Assembly: GCA_011109175.1 (NCBI GenBank) | Contig: RDEW01000017.1 | Coordinates: forward strand, 751,855-815,854 | Reading direction: 5' to 3' | Origin: Dicyema japonicum | Lineage: Eukaryota; Animalia; Dicyemida | Length of the DNA stretch: 64,000 bases | Shown: piece by piece, positions 27,182 through 40,544 of the stretch | Position numbering within the stretch: the stretch's first letter is position 1 | Layout of the letters: each line of letters begins with the position of its first letter | Made by a program: the position numbers and the translations under genes | Notes under the pieces: generated by a model | What the model was told of the DNA's origin: nothing | Databases searched by the model: none | Seen by the model: the letters and a program-made list of their open reading frames with translations, nothing else

Positions 27182-29545
27182 TGACGGGAGGGTTGTTCTC
27201 GGTCTTTCACAGAAGCGTTTTACATTGAAAGAGGAGTAGTAATCTTCCATTGCGATGTTCTGAGGGGATATCGGGTCCAACCTCAGGACGTGTCCAAAAA
27301 GTCTCCAACGAGAACTAATGATCTCGTGGCTTAATGGTTTACAGTCACATTTATTGTACAGTCCATTCTGCGAGATCTTGTGATCCAGGATATTCTAGTT
27401 ATGTTTCTTAGATGATTCCGGTTAAACGAGTTTAGCCTCTCCAATTCCTCTTTTGAGGTGACCCAGGTCCCAGTGTTGTATAGGAGGATTGGTTTGATGA
27501 AGGTGTCATATAACATTATCCTTTGTTTTATGTTATTCCCTTTTTGTTTTAGTTATAGGTTTTTCAGCTTGTGTAATGCCGCGTTTGCCATGGTTTTTCT
27601 CCCTATGATATTTTTACTATCTCCTAATAGGGTACCAAGTTTCTTTGTGTGTCTCTATTTCTTTTCGAGTGAGTTATTCATTCGTCTTATTTCTGTCCGT
27701 TCTGTTTTTTTCCTGTTCAGGGTGAGAAACCATTTCCCAAGTATATCTGGTGCTTTTTCTAGTACATATTCCAGGAGTTCTTTGGTTTCAGAGATTAGGT
27801 CGACATCATCAGCATAAATCACTTCTTCTATTTTTCCTTGGTATAATGGTTTCAGTTCCCTCATAGCGGCCTCCAAGTATTGTGAATAGTAGCGGAGAAA
27901 GGAAGTCTCCTTGAGGAGTGCCGTGTTTGTTTCAAATTTTCTTGAGTAGGTTTTTCCAACTCTCACAAAGAGCTCTGTGTTAGATAGAAGGATTTGAGTC
28001 ATTCTTAGTCTCGACTCGTCAATAAACCCTTCCAGCACTGTCATCAATTTGTTCCTGTTAACCGAGTCAAAGGCTTTTGATAGATCTATTCTCAGAATGT
28101 GGTTGCATTGCAATACCTTTGATGTGTTGCAAATCTCCATCTGTGACTCCAGACTGAATCAGCTGTTGATCTTTTTTCTCAGAACCCGTAGAGAATTTGA
28201 TAATATAATTGGTCGTAAGTTTTCAGCCGGTCCTTTGAGTTTATTAGGTTTTTGTATAGGTATTAGTAATCCCGTTCCCATGGTTGAGTTAGTTGAAAAC
28301 ATTTCATTTAGTAGTGCAGCGATTTTTTCAAAAGGGGGTCAGGGCCGTATTTCAGTAATTCTGGGTTAATCGTATCTGGTCCGGGGCTTCTATATTTTTT
28401 AGTTTTTGACATGCTGTTTTTACTTCCAAAATTGTAATTGGTTTTCAGGTGTCTTGGCTTTCTTTTGAATGGGAGGATTGCTGTAGTCACATTGAAAAGT
28501 TTTTCAAAATGTGTTGCAATTGCCTCCGCTTGCTCTTCAGTATTAAGTATTGTCTTGCCATTTTTGTCTTTGATGATTATTCGTTCCTTCCGGTTTGTGT
28601 GGCGTAGTAGACGAACGGTCATTACATTTAAGAATTGTCTTTTAGTTTTGTTACTTCGTTGATTTTACGAAGCTGTTCTTCTTGGTGGAGTGTCTTGTTC
28701 AGTCTCCTTATTTTTCTACGGATTTGGTCCCTCTGCCCCTGAAGGGCTTTTCTCTTGTTATAGTCTTTTTCGTTTAGTTTCTTTTGTATGGATTTCTTTT
28801 AACTACTTTGCTAGTTTTGTATGTATCGTCCGACCCATACTGGCCATCTCCCGCGTGCCGAGACTGGGTTGCTGCTTAGTTCATTATATTCTTTGTGCGA
28901 TCCCACGAAATTCATTCTGTTAAGTCCTTCAGATGAGAGCAGATGTATTTTGTAATTTTTGACTGTATCTGGATGAGAGATCAGTTTTTCCGTTCTTTTT
29001 TGTTCCAATTTTCAATAAATATAAGTGAGGACGACTCATATTCATTATACGTCTTTGATAATTATGAGTATAATTCCTCCAGTTCGATCGGGTTTTTTGC
29101 CGCTCTTCCACAGTGTGGTGGATATACATTTATAATTGTTAGTGTATTTTTAGTGGAACATTGGTTGTTCAGACGGATCTGTATTACGAAAATCCTGTCA
29201 TTCAGCATTCACCCGCCAAATGCGACTGATATCAGATGATAGTTTTCTGTGAATGGCGAATCCAAGACCACAGTGTTTTGAGTCACTGGGTAGGCATATT
29301 AGTCGATATTCTTTATGGTCTTCACCTAGATAGTACGTAATTTTCGTCTCTTGTATACAGCCAATAGAAACGTTATATCTTTCTGGGTCATCACAGAGAG
29401 CATTTCTTGACTGAGGCTTAGATATTCCTCAAGCATTGAACGTAAGAAGCTTTAGGGCAAACATATTCTCTTGTATATTCTGCTTTTTAGACATTTTTTT
29501 AACCGCTGTACAGAGAAGAAACGAAGCACGTCACCACCTCACAAT
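27182..29545 (-). mobile_element. RTE LINE, near full length, degenerate
   Basis: LLTFNA..CIQET (APE), IDLSKAFDSV, YADDV, LYNTGTW, FGHVLR; 5' motif TGAGGTGGTGACGTG at 29527-29541. Confidence 0.85.
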
Positions 29546-30004
29546 TTTTGTCTACATGGCAATTTAAAAAATTAAGTAAAGTGGTTTTTCTAAGATAATT
29601 CATGAGAAATCTCTCATTATTCTTTTAATAGCATTAACATTTAATTATGTTGAATCTATTCTTTACTTGAAAGTTCAAAATCTAACGAATGTGGTCATGT
29701 CTTGATTTTATTTTTAAGACCCACATGATTGCATCCTTTCAAAAAACAAAACTTCTAGATTCATAATACATTAAGCCGAAATATACAGCAGCGAAATTCT
29801 AACCTGTGACAATTAGTATTTCGTTCGGCATAGCCATCCTGTATTCCATTCTTTCAGAAAGAAATATTAAATCTAAATTATTTTAGACTCATTAAACTGA
29901 TAAACAATTTATTTCGTCATAAACATTTTTTAGTGAATAAATAAATTAACAAAAAAAATAAATCGTTATTGAAAATTGTTAGATTAGTACACTAAATTTT
30001 TTAA

Positions 30005-33000
30005 TTAGGAAAATGACTCTTCCAACAAAGTCTCGAGTTCTTTGATGTGGGCAAGCTTATGTCCAGCGGCAGGGGAAGCTGAAATTGGTCTTCCAGAAAA
30101 GCTTAGATATTAAAAAAATAATTAAACCGTACAGAATAATCCTTAAAACCACATTCTTTAAGAGTATTGTTTATTCTAGGTGCAACAAAAGTCCACGCTC
30201 CCATATTTTTAGGCTCTTCTTGCACCCATAAAATGTCTTTAAAATTTGGATATGATGCAAGTTCAGATGAAATTAAGTCAAATGGAAAAGGAGACAACTA
30301 TAACAAAAACTTATGGTAAATAATACTTGCTCAACTCTAATAATTGCTGTATTTGAAGTCTGATTATATTTTTCACGTGATTTGATCAAATCATAATAAA
30401 TTTTTCCACTCGTTAGAATAATACGCTTAACAGTTGATTTCGCCTTCATCAGGGATAATCTAAATGTTTTAAAAAGATACTCTATGAAATCGAGTTCCAG
30501 GTAATATTTCGGTCAACTGTGATTGCGCTTCAGGAAGACGAAGTAGATTTTTTGGAGACATCACAACGAGCTAAGATAATAATTATTTGTAATAACTGGT
30601 TTTCTAAATGGTAAGCTAATTTGTCTTCTTAAAACGTGAAAAAATTAGCTGGTGTACTGCAGTTAACAACAAACCAAGAGGATTCTTTCAATTGCCTATT
30701 TTCAAAATCTTCACTATCAATATTCTAAAGTAGAATGTATATAAAAACTTTGGCTTCTTCAGCTTCACAACATAATTGAAGAAATCTTTCAAGACGTGCA
30801 CTTGAGTGTTCAGGACCCTTTGAGTAAAAACTCTAAACAAACCATTCCTTCGTAACCATGCGGAAGCAATAGTACGATACCAGATTGGTGACCCCATTTG
30901 GTTTCTCCTGATGACAAAAACTGATCAATTATTATTTGTCCGCCATTAGCAAAATCTCCAAATTGTGCTTCCCAGATTATCAGTGAATTTGGATTTTGAA
31001 GAGAATAACCATGCTCAAATCCTACAATTAAAAATCACTAATTCACCAAGAACAGCGTATTCTGATAATGAACTGTTACAAACATGATATAATGCTTGCG
31101 AAGAGGACAAATTGTTTAAAGGAATGAATGTTTTAAAGTCTTTTGTCTGATCGTGAATAACATGATGCCGATGACTTTATATAAGAATAAAATATTCTAC
31201 CTGAAGGTTCCTCTTTGTACATCTTGTCCACTAAGACGTACGTGGAATCCATCCAAAAGAGTAGATCCAAAAGCAAAACATTCGGCCAGCGCCCAGTCAA
31301 ATACACCAGATTTTACCATGGTTTCTCTCTTTTTTAGTGTTCTGAGTAAAACTATTCAACAATTTCTATATAGTTAAACCAGGATGTATAGAGAAATCCT
31401 CCCCTGGTTTAGAACTAACGATATTGGCAATGTGATTTATTGTATCAGATGAAATTCCGTTCTGATTAATTTGACGTAATTCGTAATTTCCTGTCCATTT
31501 TGAGTCAACCCAGTCAGATGTTTTTATCATTATATTACTGGATTCCTTTAAGGCTTTTTCACAAGTCGCAAAATATGATGTACATTCATCCTATAAAAAT
31601 AAATTAAATAGGTAACATCGATTTGTTTCTGAGTAACAAGTCCTTCATTAACCAATTTTTTTGAATATTTTTCAAAGACGTTAGGAATACTTCTAATTTT
31701 TGAGTACATTAACGGCTGAGTAAACATCGGTTCGTCTGTTTCGTTATGTCCATTTCGACGATATCCGATCTAAATTGAAATAAAAACCAAATAAACGAAG
31801 TTGTAAATAAACTTAACAATACCAAGTCAATTACGACATCTGTTTTAAAAGTCGCTCTAAAATCGGCAGCAAGTTTAGCGGCACGAATAACTGAATCCAC
31901 GTCGTCGCCATTGACATGTAATATTGGAGATGCTACTACTTTTGCAACTTCAGTGCAAAATTCAGAAGATCTTGAAAATCGTGGATCTGTAGTAAACCCA
32001 ATCTAAAATAAATAACTACTTAATCTACTTGATTGTTAACAACAACATGAATAGTCCCATGAGTAGTATAATCCGGCAAATGGGAGAGGTGAAAAGTTTC
32101 ATAGACGACTCCCTGTCCAGCAAATGAGGCATCTCCATGCATAATAATACTCATTGTCTTTTAAATACAATAAATTAAAATACGCGGTCTCCATTGTTAT
32201 CTCCAGTATAAAATTGAGTTGCTTTAGTCTTTCCTTGAACGACTGGATTCACAGCTTCAAGATGCGAAGGGTTGGCTACAAGTGATACTTTGATTTCTTT
32301 TTTAGTTTTCGAGTTGATAATGTCCTGAGTGACGCCAATGTGATATTTTACGTCTCCTGATCCTTCATCCGAGGGATCCAGAAATGAATTAAAGCAGCAA
32401 AATATTTGTTCCAATGATTTATTGCAAACAGCCGATAAAACATTTAATCTCCCCCTTAGAGATTTCTACAAATCAGACCTATGTGGCATTCCAAACAAAA
32501 AATCGTTAACACCCTTTGCAGTAGAAGCATCCACAATAGTTTTTAACAGTGGAATAGAGAATCACATCCTTCAACTCCAAATCGCTTCTCCGCTGGCCAA
32601 GTTTTTGATAAAAATTCCTCAAATCTAAAATTATTCAATCTGAAATATTTCAAATACTTTGTAGTTCTTAGTAGTCTTAGAAGTGTGTTCTGTCTTTCTT
32701 CAACAGAAAGAATCTCTGGATTTTCAATTCTTTCACGGATAAAATTTCTTTGTTCTTTTGATAAAATATATTTGTATTCAACTCCAATATTTCCACAATA
32801 TTTTTCCTAATGTTACAAAATTTAGTTTTTAATGAAATATTGTCAAGTCATAATAGAATTATTATAATTTGATTACTTATCATAGTTTCATTATCAAAAA
32901 TTCCAAAAATACCAAAACACTACACCCTAAATACTTAAGATTAGCCATAAAGAGTGAATCTACCTTTAATTTAGAGATAATTTCGGTAAGAGTCATTTCA

Positions 33001-33565
33001 GTTGAATTCCCTCCTATATTTGTAGCAAATACCGGAATAGTAAAAGTTTTGTTTAAGTCGGATGAATCTAAATCATTAAACCTCAAAAACACCCAATCCG
33101 TTAATCTTCAAAATTGACAAATCATCAATATTTGTTCCATGAGTTAAATTTAAAGGATCTAACGATGCTTGTCTGAATCCTTGAGCCTACAAAATAATTC
33201 AAGGAGTGACCTGAAAATATCGAATAAGATTTAAAACTTGTCCAGAAATTTTATTATCTTCCTTCAAATTTGAAAGAGGTGTGCTTTCTGTTGGTGGTCT
33301 TGAAAACGCCTCGCCTGGCAATTTTCCTGCTGTGATGTTAGTAAAATATGCGTTCCACGACTAGAAATAAAAATCAAATTTAATACAGAATGTACCGAAT
33401 TTGGATTCTTTAACCAAGCCTCATACATTTGTTCTAAATATAAACTTGAATTTCCGTTAATAAAGGGTTCCGACTGAACGTAGGATGAACATCTTAAGGG
33501 TTTCGTAATTAAATGATGTTTTTTACATTAAGAATGTTTTTGGTGATAACAGCAGTAATTACCAT
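30005..33565 (-). CDS. OGDH: 2-oxoglutarate dehydrogenase E1, mitochondrial
   Basis: [82 protein letters not shown]; roughly 18 introns, mostly 21-33 nt, one ~53 nt, one 157 nt; start approximate. Confidence 0.97.
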
Positions 33566-33959
33566 CTAATTATCGACGCAGTAGCAGACAAGTTTATCAA
33601 ATATTTTATTTTAAATTTTAATATAAAAATATTATATTAAAATAATAAATTAAGATAATATCCATTACAACTATATACTGATGTTATTTCCTTAATTTAT
33701 TTTTCAAATAACCTAAGAAAGTGTATTAAAAATTTAATTGAGTTTTAAATAAAGCATTAATTTTTATTTTTTTAACCAAAATTCAGTTAAACTTTTATGT
33801 GGCGATGATTTTTGAAAATTTCGTCATATTTTTATCATTAACCTTTAATATATCCATCATTGGGTGCTTAACTGACGCATTAAAGAAATTAACGTCAATA
33901 ACCACGGAATTTTTTTTATTTTCCTTGTTATTTGTGTTCTTTGAAAAGGGAATCCTTTA

Positions 33960-34290
33960 GACTCATGAAATGGAAAGAATTCCATATTCACAAAGGAGAA
34001 GTGGAAGTCAATAAAATTTACTGCTCCTATTAGAAATGCAGTCTGATTCTACATTCAGAGCAAAATACCTTGATGTGGACATACCTGGTTTCTATTTATA
34101 CTTCTTGAAAAGTTTACAAACTTCAGAAAGTTTTCAACGAGGATTATGGCAAAGTTCGGTTCCACCTATGAGTGTGAACAGTTGTTTTCCTTATGAAATC
34201 AACAAAATTTTCTCAGAGAACAAGGCTTACTGATGAACACTTGTCATCCCTAATCAAGGTTAGAAATGCTAACACATTTCAGATGCACCT
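33960..34290 (+). mobile_element. hAT (Charlie/SPIN/GTF2IRD2-like) transposase C-terminal relic
   Basis: LLEMQSDSTFRAK..., then after a frameshift KFGSTYECEQLFSL (34155-34193), typical of the hAT dimerisation domain. Confidence 0.7.
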
Positions 34291-34829
34291 CAGGACAAAA
34301 CAAAGACAAAAGATTGATTTGATAATTTTTGAAAAATGATTACAATTGTTGCATTTGGCGTTTTGGAACGTTAGCGTATTATAGCCGTTGTAGTAGGCTT
34401 GTAAATTATTAAAAATACTCAATAAGATTAGGTGTTTTTCAGATTTGTTAGTGTGGCCAACTAGTATACTCAAATTATCTTATGCGGCACCAGGAGCTTT
34501 TTGAGTTTAATATATCTGTTGTAGACTCTTGATACTGCCAAGAGTTCACGTGAGGTGAAATGTGAATCAGTTCTCCAAACTTTTTTTTCATTTTCGTGCG
34601 CATGTGTCCTATTCAGACGATCCGGTTCTACGATGAAGCATTCATTAATGACGGTGTCACTCGTCATATCCAAAGCCTCATAAATGTGTGGAACTTTGTC
34701 CCGGAATGTACAGTAGCGCGATCCGATTCTGGACTTTGCTGCGGCATACCAAAGTTTATTTTATGATATTATAAATTTTTTCGAGATGATAAATAAAATT
34801 ATTCCAAAGATCAAGGGTGAAACCAAACT

Positions 34830-35080
34830 AACTAATTCCTTGATTCTGACAGGTTTCAGTAGAACCGTGGTTGATTTTGACATTCGTATAATTAAGTGGT
34901 CCCGGTGTCCATACCAGTCTTTTCATACGGTTAGTTTGGAATTCTGGATTAATCTCCACAACGGGGAAGGTTTCTTCTCGTATCTCGGGCAGGCGTCCAG
35001 ATATAGTTTGATGTCCGGCCTGAGAGGATGGTCAGGAAATTTTTCCATCTTGAGGAAGTCCCGATAAGGTATTCCATGAT
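34830..35080 (-). mobile_element. Vingi-like LINE 3' tip
   Basis: Homologous to 15596-15830; acc ggg acc act taa at 34892-34906. Confidence 0.7.
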
Positions 35081-35103
35081 TGGGGGGACGTTTAGTATAA
35101 ATT

Positions 35104-37000
35104 TAATTATTATTAAGGCACTTCCACTAAAGCCACAATGCTTATATCCCGCATGTGCAACACTCAAAACAATATTTAGCGTTAATCTTTTCCATATTCC
35201 TCTGTCGAATGCAAGCGATCTTAATTCGTCTAGGTCTTCTCCCGTTTTGAGCTTTTTTTCACTTGGTTTAGATCTTTGTTTAAGACAATCGGCAGTGTCC
35301 TTCTTGGTCGTCCGCAACTGTCAAAGTAATCTTCCATCGCTTTGTTAGCGGGTGCGTCCGGATTCATTTGTAATACATGTCCAAATAGCCTCCACCGGGA
35401 ATCTATCACATCCTTGCTGATCTACGAACACATACACTTGTTGTAAAATACCACTGCTGTTTCAATCGTTGTTTTGAAACTGTGGGAAGTTGCTACTTCT
35501 TCATCAGTTTCTGTCTTTTTGAGTCAAAAGCTCTGGAGAGATCTATTCCCAGCACGGTCGTTGCACTCTTGAATCTTTGGTGCGTTGCACAGCGCCATCT
35601 ATGGCTCCAAAAAATGTCCGCCGTAGACCTCCCTTCTCGGAACCCACTTTGACTTGCTGGTAGGTATAGATCCGCCACAATCTTTATCCGGCTCAGTGCA
35701 ATGTTTGCCAGCACTTTGCGTATCGAGTTCAGAAGTATGATCGGGCGGAGATTTTCTACTGGTCTTTTTGCTTTGTTCGGTTTTGTATGGGTATTATTAA
35801 TTCATTTTCAAGTCCTAGATCGGTATTGGTTTCAAAGATGTCATTTAGGGTTTTTGCAATTGTTTCACAAAGTTTTTTGGCTCATATTTTAAAAGCTCAG
35901 AGACTTATGTTGTCTGGCCCAGCACTCTTGTTATTCTTCAGTTTTTTTTCTACTGTGATGGCATTCATTAATGTCTCGGTTCTTCCTTGGAATGGAGTAA
36001 ATTCTTCATTGTCTGTATTCACCAACATTTCAAAGTGACATACAATTAATTCGACGTTTTCCTCTGGGTTACCCACGAATTTTCCTTCTTTTTCTTTGAT
36101 TTGGAAGACGTTTTGTCCTTTCTTTGTTCGCAGCAGCCCTAAAGTCGCAAACATCCTTGAATTGTCCTTTAGGCTTGTTAATCTTTTTGATTTTCCATTT
36201 TAGTTCCCTTTGTTGGATTTTAAGCTCTTTTTATACTCTCGTCCGACATGTTTGCAGCTTTTAGCTTAGCTCTCTGCAATGCTTTGCCATATCTGGAACG
36301 TTTTGATGGTGATCCAATTTTAGGGCGTGATGATTTCGAACTTTAAGGCATATATCAGCAGATCTGCTTTGTTTGACCCCACAGAGTTCGTACTGATGAT
36401 TTCGGTACGGTTTTCTCCATTAGAGTCTCGATTTGTTCATGATATTTAGCCCTACAGGTAGGCTCTAATTGAAAATATATATTGGGCCTTTGTCTCGCCT
36501 TCTTCGCGTTTTCAATGTATTTTTCCCCCAGTCAAGTGCTTTTTTACAGACAGTTCTGCAATAACGATCTATGATCGCTGTCAGTTGTTGTCTCCTAGTA
36601 GGAACGTGCATCATTTAGCAAATGTTTACCAAACTTTCGGCAGATAATGTAGTCGATTTGATTATATATTCACGGTCTCCCCAACATAATTTTTACTTTG
36701 TCCGTGCCATGTCGTCTTGTTGCGAGCTGAGTGCGTGAAGGCCGTGTTGCACAGGAATAGGCTATTTACCTCGCAGAAGTTCACCAGAGAGGCTCCCGAT
36801 GCATTTCTCCTTCGGCGCCCGTGTCTTCCAATAAAGGATTCTTCGTGTCCCATTTGCATTCCGGCCTTTGCATTCACATCTCCCACAACAAAGACAAGGG
36901 ACGAGGACGAATTATTTGAATATCTGAGTAGAATTCCTCGAGCTCACCAGGGTTCTTGATTACTCGCCCGCAGTGTGGTGCATAAACATTCATGATAGTA
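35104..37000 (-). mobile_element. 5'-truncated RTE LINE with (TAA)n tail and 21-bp TSD
   Basis: TSD gggggacgtttagtataaatt at 35083-35103 and 37001-37021; NVYAP, GDVNAK, SQSGFREGRSTADI, GIDLSRAFDS; RT core internally deleted. Confidence 0.85.
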
Positions 37001-37021
37001 GGGGGACGTTTAGTATAAATT

Positions 37022-37375
37022 AATAATAATAATAATCACACCAGAGACCACGGTTGCACAAACTAACTAATCACGTGATCTCACCACGCTCTAGCAGGGA
37101 CCTCATCTTGACTCGATGCTCCTCCCTCGTCCTCACTCAAGGACGTATTGGTCGAGTGGCTGGACCTTCGCAGTCACGACGGCGCCTTCCGTGGTTCATT
37201 CCTATCAAAGCTTCAAGAGGCATTAGTGGCTGGAGTTCTTCCAGAAATCCAGCGTTCCGTGATTTTGGAGGCTCTTCTCCGGCTGGCCTCGATCTTCAAG
37301 GCATTCGTCCAAGAGATCAGTGACCCCATATACCACATGCATAAGAGATGCATGGTTCAATGAATTGTTTATTTA
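37022..37375 (-). mobile_element. Vingi-like LINE 3' fragment
   Basis: Ends LLERGEIT* (37071-37085), then AACCGTGGTCTCTGGTGTGA(TTA)n. Confidence 0.6.
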
Positions 37376-40300
37376 CAGTGCTTAATTAAATTAAATTATT
37401 AACCCCGGCTTCGCCAGCAAGTGGGAAGCCGGCGACCATCAAAGAGCGTGCAGTCCGGACAGGCCGCTCCCAGAGATCCTCGACTTTTGCATCCGGTGGT
37501 CCAGGGCAGGGAAAAAGGTCTCGAACTACTCTGCCAGCCAGAAAAGGGTGGTGTCCACACGTAGGCGAGCCAGTCCGATTCTGATCTTCCTCGGGAGCGA
37601 TTGTTCCGTTGGACTGATATCCGGGGGGAAGCGCTCCAAGACTTTGTTATATTGAAGTGTCCTAATGGCCCGTGTTGAGATAAAATCATGGATTCGGCGG
37701 GTCCAAGTTGAGTCTTCTTGAGGGGGGGTGATCTTCGACAAGGCTCTTTGTAGGTCAAAGAGGGTCCTGCGTATGTATCTGCGGTTATTGTTACTTAGCA
37801 AAGCGTGAACTGGGTGATTCGGGTCGAACGACTGCCGTAGGAATTGTAAATTACGCATTTCCAGGTGGTCATAGAGCGGGAGGATTTTCGACTCCCAATG
37901 TAAATGGTCGGTGGGGTTGACTTTAAACAGCCAGTTATTATTCTGAGCGCCGAGTTTTGCACTTTCTGCAATTCTTGAGAAAGGGACAAGGAGATTGAGG
38001 GGGCCCAACTTGGTGAGGCGTAGTTGAGTGTAGTCCTGATGAACTGTTTGTAGAGAAGAGTTAAGTTTTCTTTTTGCTGACCGTTTGAGTGGCCAGCTAC
38101 TGCCCGTAATATGTTAAGTTTCCGCTTGGCTTTTGTCATTACTTCCTCCACTTGTCTGTTGAAACAGAGTGAAGGATCGAAGACAACTCCAAGGATCTTC
38201 GGGTATTTATTTAAGGGGAGTGGTTCGTCACCCAACGAGAGTGTGGGGTTTAGGTTGAATTGTCTTCGATCGGTTGTGAACAGGGTAGCTGATGACTTCG
38301 AGGTGGAAACACTCATCCAGTTTAAGTTCATCCAGTCGGATAGCAAGTTCAGGTGGTACTGCACTTTTTCGGTGGCCAGTCGAACATCGCCACTCCTGGA
38401 TGCGATTACTAGATCATCGGCATATGTCAATAGTAACGTATTTTGGGTTGTTGGGATGTCTTTGACGTAAAGGTTGAAAAGTGAGGGTGAAAGGACTGAT
38501 CCCTGGGGAACACCGTTTGGTAGGAGTCGATATCTTGATAGATTTGAATATAGACACGTATGACCCAGTCTTCCCGAGAGGAAATTTGTGAGCCATGACT
38601 TCCATACAGAGGGAATATTTGAAGAATAGATCTTGTTGCAGAGGACCACACGGGAGATTCTGTCGAAAGCTTTAGTTAGGTCAATAGAGGCCAAGACAGT
38701 TCGTTCCGGGGGTTTGCAGTTGTTGAAACCGTTGGAGATGTATTGGGTTAGTGTCAGTAAGTGCGTGGTGGTCGAGTGTAAAGGACGGAAACCATGTTGT
38801 GAGTCGGAGAGGTCGAGGTAGGGGGTGATTTCGTTAAGAATGATCCTTTCGAGGATTTTTGAGACAACAGATGTTAAGGAAATTGGCCTGAACGAAGAGG
38901 GCAAGGAGGAGGCTTTGTTGTTCTTGAGTATTGGGATAATGTTCGACTTCTTCCATAACATCGGGATGAAACACCTGTTGATGGAGAATTCGTAGATATC
39001 TTTAAGTGCCAAGAGCCCGTTTGGACCGAGGTGCTTTAGGTGGAATATGCTGATCCGATCGGGTCCCGTGGCTGGTGAGTTTCTTGAGTTTGTAATGAGG
39101 TTTTGAACATGACTTACTGATACTTCGAATCGTGCCTTTGTTACCCTTGGGGGTTTAGTAATATGAGGTCGATTTTCTTTATTCATTGGAATATGACTCA
39201 TTTTGCAATAGTGAGTCATCAAGTCATTTGCCTGGCAGTGGAAATCTTTCGTTTGGTTGTCCTTTCCAAGTCTACCTCCATGGGTTGTGCTCGATTCGGT
39301 TTGATTTGATTGTATTTCTCTGATAAATCTCCAGAAACTTTGGGGTTTTGATTTTGGATTCAATCGAGAGACGAAAGTGGACCACTTCTCCTTTTTGAGC
39401 TCCGTAATGAGGTGGGTTATCTTCTTGTTTAGGGAAGAAATTTCATCTTGGAGTTGCTGGTTGGTTGTTCGGGAACGTTTTAGGCGTCTTCTCTCACAGA
39501 TGAGATCCAATATTTCTTTGTTGAAAAATAGTTTGTAATCATGGATGAATCCTTTAGGGACGTGCTTTCTATCCGCCGAAAGGATGGCTGAGTTGAAATG
39601 TGCAATGGCTTTGTCTGGAGAGGTAAAATTATTCACAGAGAAGTTTTCCAGCGACGTTTCGACGTCAACCGTGAAGTCGATCCATCTCGCCCTTTTGTAG
39701 TTCACATAGGTTCGCCTCGACATAGTTCGTCCGAAATGCAAGAAGATGTCGATCAGAATAGGGTTATGATCTGAGGGTAAGTCATATCTGACATCCCAGT
39801 AGATCGATTTTGCAAGGGGAGCTGAGCATATGGAGAGGTCGGGAGACGTGTTAGGATCCCCAGGGCGTGTTCCACATCTCGTGTGTTGGCGGGGGTTATT
39901 CAATATCACTAGGTGTTCCAGTTCAGAGATCACTTGTTTCCCTCTGTGGTCCGAATTCTGGTTTCGGAACCATAGTGGATCTTTAGCGTTTAGATCGCCG
40001 CAAATAACTATGTTTTCGTATAGTTGAAGGAATTCTAGGTTTGGTCGGTAACTCTTCTGGCAGCAAGACGAAGGGGGAATGTAGATATTCAGAATTGTGT
40101 AAGGAGTTGACATAATATTGATGGTGATGGATAGCAATTCCATATGTTTATCAGAAGCCGCTGTCAATGTGTGGTCAGTGGTATCCGTGAATGGGATGGA
40201 GTTGTGAATGAGGGTGACCAGGCCACCACCGTGAGATCCATTTGATCGCTCAGAACGGAGCAAAGAGTAGTTTTTGAATTTTGGTGTTTGGGAGAAGGCA

Positions 40301-40425
40301 GACAAACGTGACTCCTGTAGAAGGGCAATGTCAATACGGTGTTTAACCAAGTACTCAGCCAATTCGGTATGTTTCGAGGTGATTCCATTGATGTTAAGTT
40401 GTAAGATTCTGATGGGTCTATTCTG

Positions 40426-40464
40426 CGGCCCTGGGTTTAGTTCAATGTCACCGGATGTCAGGAG
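40426..40464 (-). other. 2A-like (StopGo) peptide motif LLTSGDIELNPGP
   Basis: Exact match to D(V/I)ExNPGP directly before the APE domain. Confidence 0.85.
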
Positions 40465-40544
40465 GGATTCTTGGGAGCGAAAGCTTCGTGCCCGCTCAAT
40501 GGTCGCCATCGAGATCTCCTTGAAGAGAGACGATAGGGAAAAGA

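Noticed and set aside
2574-33565. Frameshifts in SUCLG1, OSGEPL1, mL64, OGDH and others as RNA editing, programmed frameshifting or pseudogenisation
   Set aside because: Nearly all are 1-2 nt changes in homopolymer runs, mostly deletions, in otherwise well-conserved genes. This is the signature of unpolished long-read assembly. Short-read or cDNA comparison would settle it.
34470-34760. Minus-strand ORF (..ECFIVEPDRLNRTHAH..) as a gene
   Set aside because: No recognisable motif, no splice structure, and it lies between TE relics; left unassigned.
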